Source: Kiritimatiellia bacterium (GTDB lineage Bacteria > Verrucomicrobiota > Kiritimatiellia > RFP12 > JBMNHG01). Taken from it: a stretch of DNA of 64,000 nt. The stretch is from contig JBMNHG010000006.1 of the NCBI GenBank assembly GCA_050950285.1, forward strand, positions 1 to 64,000. Reading direction: 5' to 3'. Both the position numbers and the translations under genes were made by a program. Below the pieces are notes generated by a model. It saw only the letters and a program-made list of their open reading frames with translations. It was not told the origin of the DNA and searched no databases. Positions 51,701 through 58,798 of the stretch are shown piece after piece; within the stretch, counting starts at the first letter, position 1, and each line of letters opens with the position of its first letter.

Positions 51701-54700
51701 TCAATAGGAATTGTATGTAAAGGGGGCGTTGTAGGTTTTTCGGATGTGGATGGTGTGCCGGAAAATCCGTCCGCGGCTTTTACGATTGGCCGAGGCTCCC
51801 GTCCCCCTGCCAAAGCCGAGCTGCAACGCGGCGGCGGCGGCGGACTTCGCCCCGTCCTCGTAGTTGAAGTCGTAGAGGTCTTGGATGTTGCATTCAAAAT
51901 CGACCGAGGTCACGACATACTGGGTTCCCGACAGCCAGGAATGCTGCTTCTGTATGGTGAAGCGGTATCGCGGATTGACCACGCGGCCGCGTCCGACGGT
52001 CGCGAAGGCGTCGAAGTCGTCAAAAGCCGGCCTGCCCGTTAAAAATTCGGCGGCCAGTGCATACCATCCGCCATAGTCGTCGCTGTTGCCGACGCGCTGC
52101 GTCGAGGGGACGACCCAGTTGACCGATGTTTGCGGGCTGAGGCTTGCGAAGAGGTTCGTCGCCCCTTCGCAAGGCATGTCATACCATCCGCCATCCTGCG
52201 GGAAAACGACGGTCGCATTGTTGGTGGCATTTGCCAAAACGGCTTCCGCGGCATCCTTGACGCAGGCGTTGTAGAAGGCGTGGAGCCGAGTTCCCGTTTC
52301 CGTCGGAAATTCAATGTACTGCGCCCCGGCCGTGTAGCTTTTCAACGCAAAAGGCGTCCGGTTAGCCATGAACTGCGAGACCTTTGACTCTTCGTCCCAG
52401 ATAAAATGTGAAATAGCCGCCGTTCCATTGTCGTCGAATGTCGCGCCGCTGTTGTGCGTCAGCCATTCCGTGAAGCCAGCCCCGTCCTCGAATGCGTTGA
52501 TGGGAACGCTGTTTGACGAACTGGGCTGCATGTCTGGCGCGATTCGTGCTACATCCCCGTTGTAGAGAAACAGCGCCAGGAAAGACCGGGCGTTGGGGGC
52601 GACAAGCGACGGCGTGCTTTGTCCCATGAAATGGACGAAGCCATCGATGTCTTCAAGATGCTCAGCGTACATTTCCTTCGAGATTCCGCGAAGGGTCGCG
52701 CAGCGCGGACTGTCGTCCGACTGTCGGCGATAGACCTCCAGCGGGAACGTCTGCTCGTGTTCATCGACAAGCCCGTTGCCGTTGACATCGAATCCGGCGC
52801 GGATTTCATAGGTCACCGTCTGTGCGTCGCCAGGGCCGGGGATGTTCATGTCCACGGCGGAACCAACCGCGGCCGGGACGGGGGCGTCGCTTCCGGCGAC
52901 TTTATTCTCTCCGTCGTAGGCGGCGCAGACGAAAAGGCTGCGCATGCCGGCAGGTTGGATGTCCAAGTCCAGGGAGACGCGGTATTTTCCGTCGGCAGGG
53001 TCGCCGACGACATAGAGGTGGTTGCGCGGAACGGCGTAGGACTCGTCGCCCACAACTTCCATGACCTCCGCATTCCCCGTGCTGTCGTCCTTGCGAGTCG
53101 GATTGAATATCTGGTTGACCTTGTTTGCCGTCTCCCACATCAGGTCAAGGGAAACATCCACCGCCGTCATCGTGAGCGACGCGCCGCAGTCGATGTTGGT
53201 GGCGCTGCCCGTGCCGAAGAAGCTGCTGGCCAGATGGGCCGTGCCGCCGCGGATCGCCTCGACGTAGAAGGTGTCGGTGCCGGAGGCGTCCCACGAAACG
53301 CCGCCGACGCCGTTGGTGACGGTCTGTCCGCAAACCAGCATCGGGCTTGCGCCGGGGGCGGGGTTCGCACTCCGCCACACGCGGAAGCCGCCGTGGCCGG
53401 AAAGCGCCAGCACATGCGCGCCGGGAAGGCCGACGTCCGTGCGAAGCTGCACCTTGCGGAAGGCGTTGCTGGCGACGGACACGACCCAGCCGTGCTCAGG
53501 CGGCAGCGACGAACGCAGCGCCTTGTCGACGGCGTCCACGTCGCCGTCGAAGTCGACATCGGGGTAGAGCCGCTGGCTGAGAACCGTGAAGACGTTCGTG
53601 ATGACGCGCGTCCCGCCGTCCCAGGCATATTCCCAGAGGATCTTCTCCGCCCCCGGCGAGGGGCTCTTCCCCAGCCCCTCGACGTAGATGGCTTCCCCGG
53701 CGGAAATCGATCCGGAGAACGATGCGCGCTTGCGGGCGTCGCGCCACAGCTCCAGACGCGAGGAGCGAGATCGAAGCGTCGCATAAGGCGTCGGCGGCTG
53801 GTGCTCGATGCAGGGACAGCAGGTGCCGTCGTAACGCCCGAGCGGACAGACGGGCATCAGGTCGTTGTCGGCGACGGGCATCGACGAATCGTTTTTGTCT
53901 TCCGAGACGCTGGCGTCGTCGTCGTCGTTGTTGACCGGCAGGGCCGTCCCGGCCGGGCCGCCGGGAACGCACCCGCAAAGGCAGTCCGGCGAAAGCATGG
54001 GCTCCAGCCAATCGGGAGGGTTGTCGACGAAGCGGCATCGGGTGACGCATCGCCAGATTTCCCGCGGCAGCGATGCGTCATCGTCCTGGAATTGGAAGCA
54101 AAGCCATTTGGGATAGCCGCTATCGGAATAAGGGACGGTGAATGTGTTCCCGGAATGGGTGGTGGAGTCGCCATCGAACCGCCACGTCGAAGTCCCTGCA
54201 AGCGCTGCGGGCTTGACGGACGCCGTGGCGCGGATGTCCTCCCGGCTGTGGAAGCAGAGCGGGTCGGGCGAAATGGCAATGGTGGGCTGGACGATCATCC
54301 CCGACGGCGTCAGGCGTCCGCCGGGAAGATCGCCCGGGGGCGCAGGCGCCCGGCGTCCGCGCGTGGCGGCCGGGACGAAGACGGGGTGCGGATCACGGAA
54401 GAACGCCCAGGCCGAGCCGAGCGTCATATCGAGCGACACGGTGGCGTCCACGGGGGCGAAGAGCGCGACCGGATGCACGACGCCCTCGCGGAGCCAGAGG
54501 GTGCGGGTCGCGCCGGCCGGGGCGCCGGCGGGGAAGACGACGGTGCGGTCGCCGACGGCGACCGAAACGGGGGCGCTGGGGGACGCCTCGACGGAAATGG
54601 CGGCCTGGAAGATCGACGGGGCGCCGTCCGCGGCGGCGCCGGGCGAGTCCGAAGAGGACCAGGGCGAGGTGCCGGCCATCGTCTCCAGCCAGTCCGCCCA

Positions 54701-56017
54701 GCCGTCGCCGTCGCTGTCGATGTCGTCGTTCACGGCGGGGTCGAGACCGTGGAGCAGCTCGTCGAGCAGCGAAAGGCCGTCGCCGTCGGCATCCGAATTC
54801 GCGTCGTCCCAGACGAACGGATTCGGGTCGATCCCGTCCGGCAGGCTGTCGCCGTCCGTGTCGGGATTCAGCGGGTCAGTTCCAAGCGCGATCTCCACGT
54901 CGTCGTCGAGGCCGTCGCCGTCGGAGTCGCGGAGCTGCGGGTCGGTGTGGTAAAGGAAAACCTCGTCCGGCGTGGCGAGGCCGTCGCCGTCCGGGTCGGG
55001 GTTCGCGGGGTCGTAGCCGCCGAAGGCCGTCCAGCGAAGCGAGAACTTGGGCGCGTTCGAGACGACCGCGCAGAGCGGCGTGGTCAGGACATTGCCACCC
55101 TCGAGACGGTACAGCGTGGCGCACAGGTGGTTCGAGGCGGTGCAGGCGTGCGCCGGCGTGCCGATCAGCGCCGTCTCGCCACCGCCCCCGGCCTGCGCAC
55201 CAACCACAAAATTCGTCATTCGTAATTCGTAATTCGTCATTCCGCTTAGATCGTAGCGGAAGACGAAATCGCCATCGGGGAAGAGCTCGGCCTGGAAGGA
55301 GACCGGGGCGTTCGTGGCGCGGTTCAAAAGCGCATTCTGCCAGGTGAAGCGGGCGGAGCCGGAATCGGTCGTGTCCGACCAAAACAGGGAGTTCGCGACG
55401 GGTGGCCGGCGGCTGGCGATTTTGTCCCAGTTCGCTTCGGGTGGGATGCCGAGGAGCGTGTGGAGCGGGGCGAGGAAGGCGATGGGGGAGCCGTCGGGCA
55501 TCGGTTGCGCCGCGGGCGAGGACTTCGGGCGGTCGAAGGCGAGCGTGCCCGACGAGGACACGTAGACGGAATCGTAGCGGTTCGTGCCGAGGGGGAAGCC
55601 GTCTTCGAGCGCCATCCAGAAGCCGTCCTCCGACGCCCCACGCTTGCGCCAGCGGTCGTGGACGACCGCGTTCGCCGGCGCCGACAGGTCGAAGGCGTCG
55701 TTCGTGGAAGCGTCGGACAGCGCGAAGCCCGCGAGCCGCTGGGCGTCGGTGAACTGGACGAGCGAGGATATGGCCGGCGGCGGCGAGCGCTGCGGCGCCT
55801 CCGGCCCCGGGTTCCTTTCGGGCTTCGAGCCGCCGTAGATGACGAGGGCGACCAGGAGGCTCAAGAGCACTGCGCGGAAGGCGGCGGGCTGCCGCCGGAA
55901 CGCGGCCAGCTTCCGCCGGGAAGGCGCGGAGCCGGCGATCCGCCTGGCGACAAGCAGCAGGATGGCGCCGGACGTCAGCCCCGTCAAAACGATTCCAGTC
56001 AACGTCAGGGCATCCAT
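51701..56017 (-). CDS. 1438-aa non-Rhs putative polymorphic toxin sharing the N-terminal module of Rhs1
   Basis: Two hydrophobic segments ending IYGGSK. W...G..ED.FW, LGTNR...VSSSGTL.F..PK, FLAPL and FQAELFP.GDFV.RYDLS are shared with 2380... DxDGDG repeats, Cys-rich segments and a lower-GC C-terminal region ending ...IQDLYDFNYEDG... Confidence 0.8.
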   Translation of the reverse strand: MDALTLTGIVLTGLTSGAILLLVARRIAGSAPSRRKLAAFRRQPAAFRAVLLSLLVALVIYGGSKPERNPGPEAPQRSPPPAISSLVQFTDAQRLAGFALSDASTNDAFDLSAPANAVVHDRWRKRGASEDGFWMALEDGFPLGTNRYDSVYVSSSGTLAFDRPKSSPAAQPMPDGSPIAFLAPLHTLLGIPPEANWDKIASRRPPVANSLFWSDTTDSGSARFTWQNALLNRATNAPVSFQAELFPDGDFVFRYDLSGMTNYELRMTNFVVGAQAGGGGETALIGTPAHACTASNHLCATLYRLEGGNVLTTPLCAVVSNAPKFSLRWTAFGGYDPANPDPDGDGLATPDEVFLYHTDPQLRDSDGDGLDDDVEIALGTDPLNPDTDGDSLPDGIDPNPFVWDDANSDADGDGLSLLDELLHGLDPAVNDDIDSDGDGWADWLETMAGTSPWSSSDSPGAAADGAPSIFQAAISVEASPSAPVSVAVGDRTVVFPAGAPAGATRTLWLREGVVHPVALFAPVDATVSLDMTLGSAWAFFRDPHPVFVPAATRGRRAPAPPGDLPGGRLTPSGMIVQPTIAISPDPLCFHSREDIRATASVKPAALAGTSTWRFDGDSTTHSGNTFTVPYSDSGYPKWLCFQFQDDDASLPREIWRCVTRCRFVDNPPDWLEPMLSPDCLCGCVPGGPAGTALPVNNDDDDASVSEDKNDSSMPVADNDLMPVCPLGRYDGTCCPCIEHQPPTPYATLRSRSSRLELWRDARKRASFSGSISAGEAIYVEGLGKSPSPGAEKILWEYAWDGGTRVITNVFTVLSQRLYPDVDFDGDVDAVDKALRSSLPPEHGWVVSVASNAFRKVQLRTDVGLPGAHVLALSGHGGFRVWRSANPAPGASPMLVCGQTVTNGVGGVSWDASGTDTFYVEAIRGGTAHLASSFFGTGSATNIDCGASLTMTAVDVSLDLMWETANKVNQIFNPTRKDDSTGNAEVMEVVGDESYAVPRNHLYVVGDPADGKYRVSLDLDIQPAGMRSLFVCAAYDGENKVAGSDAPVPAAVGSAVDMNIPGPGDAQTVTYEIRAGFDVNGNGLVDEHEQTFPLEVYRRQSDDSPRCATLRGISKEMYAEHLEDIDGFVHFMGQSTPSLVAPNARSFLALFLYNGDVARIAPDMQPSSSNSVPINAFEDGAGFTEWLTHNSGATFDDNGTAAISHFIWDEESKVSQFMANRTPFALKSYTAGAQYIEFPTETGTRLHAFYNACVKDAAEAVLANATNNATVVFPQDGGWYDMPCEGATNLFASLSPQTSVNWVVPSTQRVGNSDDYGGWYALAAEFLTGRPAFDDFDAFATVGRGRVVNPRYRFTIQKQHSWLSGTQYVVTSVDFECNIQDLYDFNYEDGAKSAAAAALQLGFGRGTGASANRKSRGRIFRHTIHIRKTYNAPFTYNSY

Positions 56018-56026
56018 GTCCTGTCC

Positions 56027-56662
56027 CTACCTCAGAATGAAAATGGCGGCGTCGTCGGAAAGCCTGGCCGTGATCGTCTCGTTTCGTGCGCCGGTTCCCC
56101 GGGCGACGGCCTCGATCCGGTTCCAATCCGTCGAGAACATCCAGGCGGGCGGCGGGGAAAGGTCGAGACCCGGGAAGGCGAGCGGCGTCGTGCCGTCCGA
56201 CAGCCCGAGCGCGCGCGGCGAGCCGTCGGCATCCAGGCGCATCTCGAAGGAAAGCGTCTTGCGCGTCTCCGTTCCGGCGGGATCGGCGGCAACGCGTTGC
56301 ACGGCCGCGTCGGAGGCGATGAACCACCGCCCGCAGTCCCAGCCCAGCGTCAGGCCGGTTTCCCCGGCGGAGAGGCTGCCCTCGCCGGACTCGTCCCTGC
56401 CGAAAGCCACTTGGACGTTGTTCGAGGGCGTGGCGTCGAACTGGAGCGAGACCGTGAACCGCCGCGTGTGTTCGCCCCACGCCCGCATGGCGACGTTGGT
56501 CGAGACCTCCATATCGGCAAAAGCGGGCGCGGGAAGGCGCGGCACGTCGAGCGCCGGCGCGGTCGCGGCAAGCGCCGCGGCGGCACAGGCGGCAATGGCC
56601 CGGAGAAAAACGGCGCGCCGCCGGGACCGCGGCCCAAGGGAGGACATGCAGCCTGCATCCAT
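56027..56662 (-). CDS. Small secreted partner protein encoded directly upstream of the toxin gene
   Basis: Signal peptide (RRRAVFLRAIAACAAAALAATAPA). Paralogue at 2071..2375. Stop lies 9 nt before the toxin ATG. Start is 56662 or 56647. Confidence 0.8.
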   Translation of the reverse strand: MDAGCMSSLGPRSRRRAVFLRAIAACAAAALAATAPALDVPRLPAPAFADMEVSTNVAMRAWGEHTRRFTVSLQFDATPSNNVQVAFGRDESGEGSLSAGETGLTLGWDCGRWFIASDAAVQRVAADPAGTETRKTLSFEMRLDADGSPRALGLSDGTTPLAFPGLDLSPPPAWMFSTDWNRIEAVARGTGARNETITARLSDDAAIFILR

Positions 56663-56762
56663 GGTGGGGAGCGTAGCACGGGCCAACGGCGGCGGCAACC
56701 CATTATTTGCCGTATTGGTTCAATGGTTCACTATGGTGCGCCCGCAAGCAGGGCGACGACGT

Positions 56763-57452
56763 TCAACAGCGGTGGGGCGATTGTTTCTTCACCACGAGGC
56801 AGCCCGCCATCATGTCGTGAAGGCCCTGTTTCCGCTTCGTAAATGCAACCATGACATACCCGGCGAACAAAAGCAGGATAGAGACGAGTTTGCTCCAATA
56901 GCGCCCGTTCGCCCGCGCAAAGCCGATCCGGTTCCCGTTCATGTCGGTGACCTGGATGCCGAGGGCCATTTTCCCGAGGGTTGCCTGTGCCGGAGACGAC
57001 TCAAGCAGCGTGAAGTACAACCAGTTCAGAACCATGCCCACAATCCTGCCGACCGTTTCAACAGCTTCGTTGATGGATATCATGTCCGCGCCAGATGCCA
57101 CCATAACGCCGCCCATGACGGCTCCAACAACGAATCCGACAATGAATCCGACAACAAACAAGACAACGGCGTCGATCAGGATGGCGGCAAAACGACGCCA
57201 AAACCCCGCATACGGAGTGGGAGGACGGACCGCCTGTGCAGTCAGGGGCGGAGGGGACAGCATCGGTGCCTGTAGACTGTCGGAAAGGAGGCCCTTTACC
57301 GACGAAGCTTTTACCCAATCCTTGAGTTCCTCCGTCCACACCATGGCGTCCCCGCTCAATCTCCGCGACTGGAGCATTTCTACCAGGACCTTTTCCGTCA
57401 CTGGTCCTTCTTGCTGGCCTGACGTGGCGTAGTACCACATGCGTTCATTCAT
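56763..57452 (-). CDS. RDD-family membrane protein with an N-terminal GYF_2 domain
   Basis: WYY...QQEGPV...MVWTEELKDW (GYF_2), YAGFWRRFAAILID, QATLGKMALGIQV, KQGLHDMMAG (RDD). Confidence 0.92.
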   Translation of the reverse strand: MNERMWYYATSGQQEGPVTEKVLVEMLQSRRLSGDAMVWTEELKDWVKASSVKGLLSDSLQAPMLSPPPLTAQAVRPPTPYAGFWRRFAAILIDAVVLFVVGFIVGFVVGAVMGGVMVASGADMISINEAVETVGRIVGMVLNWLYFTLLESSPAQATLGKMALGIQVTDMNGNRIGFARANGRYWSKLVSILLLFAGYVMVAFTKRKQGLHDMMAGCLVVKKQSPHRC

Positions 57453-57526
57453 GTCGTCCATCCTTTCATGGAATGTTCCGGCCGCCGGGGCGTCGCTCGA
57501 CGCGCACGGCAGGCCGTGGTTCGGCC

Positions 57527-57619
57527 TTAGGCCTTTTTCTTTCCGGGATCGTCCCGGATGCTCTCCATGGACCCGGTGCGGTCCAGGATCACGGCAATGT
57601 GCGTGTAGTCCTTCTTCAT
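57527..57619 (-). pseudogene. 30-codon remnant of a vWA-domain gene
   Basis: MKKDYTHIAVILDRTGSMESIRDDPGKKKA*: beta-strand plus DxTGSM MIDAS-like motif, with an AGGA RBS. Confidence 0.65.
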
Positions 57620-57662
57620 GGCGATTTCCTACTAACTCGGCCACAATTCATGCTGCAAAACA

Positions 57663-57711
57663 GGGGAACGGGTTTTCCAACCCGTGACACGGACAGGAAT
57701 GTCCGTGCCCC
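57663..57711. repeat. REP-like double hairpin
   Basis: ACGGGTT-ttcc-AACCCGT followed by CACGGAC-aggaat-GTCCGTG in an intergenic region. Confidence 0.6.
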
Positions 57712-57883
57712 TTCCCCAACTCCAAATTCCAGCTCCTCATGCCTGAATCTTCGTGAGCAGCGCTATTTGTGGCCGGGTTAGTAGTGTTGACGAAATACCG
57801 ACGATCCCACGTTTACGAATTCCGCCCCTGCCTGTCAAGGCTTTTGGGGCGGGCGCACATTTTGCGATATCGTTGAAGGCCCG

Positions 57884-58798
57884 TTATCGGTATTCGGGGA
57901 GTTGGGGTGCGGCCAGATGGATGGGGGTGTGGGTGTTGGGGTGGAGGACGACGAGGGAGCAGGAGCGGAGGAGGTAGCCGCAGTCTCCGGGGTTGGCGTC
58001 GGGGGCGTCTTCGCGCGGGAGGCCGCCGGGTCCGTAGAAGGGGTCGCCCAAGAGCGGTGCGCCCGCGGCGGCCAGATGGATGCGGATCTGGTGAGGGCGG
58101 CCGGTCAGCAGGTCGATCTCCCAGATGGCGCGGTCCGCGCGACGTCGCACGAGCGAAACGTGGCTTCGGGAGGGCTTGCCGCCGGGCGTGGCGGCATGGA
58201 CATGGCCGAGGCGGGGGTGGGGGAGGCGGCCGATGGGGGTATCGACCTCGAAGGCGTCGGGCAGGTGCGTGGCGGGTCCTGTCACGGCGCGGTAGCGTTT
58301 GCGGACGATGCCTTCGAAGCGAAGCGTGGTGTCGCGGAATTGGGCGGTCAATTCGCGGCGTGCCGTTTCCGAGCGCGCGAGCAGGAGGAGGCCGGAGGTT
58401 CCGCGTCCGAGGCGGTGGACGGGGGCGGGGGGCGGATCGCCCCAGCGCTTCCGGGCGAGGCGGAGGACGGTATGCTCGAGGTAGTTCGCGGCGGGAAGGA
58501 CGGGGAGGCCGGAGGGTTTGTCGATCGCGATCATCGCGTCGTCCTCGTACAGGACGGGGAAGTCCAGCGGGGCGGGGGGCTCTTCCCACGGGGGGCGCTT
58601 CCATTGCAGGCGCATTCCCGCGCGGAGGGGCTTGTCCGGGGAGAGGAGGGCGCCGTCGCAGGAGATTTCGCCGGAAAGACACCGTTCACGCCACGTATCG
58701 GGGGTGGAGTGGCGGTAGCGGGCGGCGTAGAAGTCGGCGACGCGGACCCCCTGGTCCGGGGGTTCCGTCCAGTCGACGTAGGTGCATCCCTGGTTCAC
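57884..58798 (-). CDS. RluA-family pseudouridine synthase homologue (motif II reads HRLGRGTSG)
   Basis: DKPSGLPV, VHRLGRGTSGLLL, KRYRA, LTGRPHQIRIHLA, PLLGDPFYG. Confidence 0.9.
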   Translation of the reverse strand: MNQGCTYVDWTEPPDQGVRVADFYAARYRHSTPDTWRERCLSGEISCDGALLSPDKPLRAGMRLQWKRPPWEEPPAPLDFPVLYEDDAMIAIDKPSGLPVLPAANYLEHTVLRLARKRWGDPPPAPVHRLGRGTSGLLLLARSETARRELTAQFRDTTLRFEGIVRKRYRAVTGPATHLPDAFEVDTPIGRLPHPRLGHVHAATPGGKPSRSHVSLVRRRADRAIWEIDLLTGRPHQIRIHLAAAGAPLLGDPFYGPGGLPREDAPDANPGDCGYLLRSCSLVVLHPNTHTPIHLAAPQLPEYR

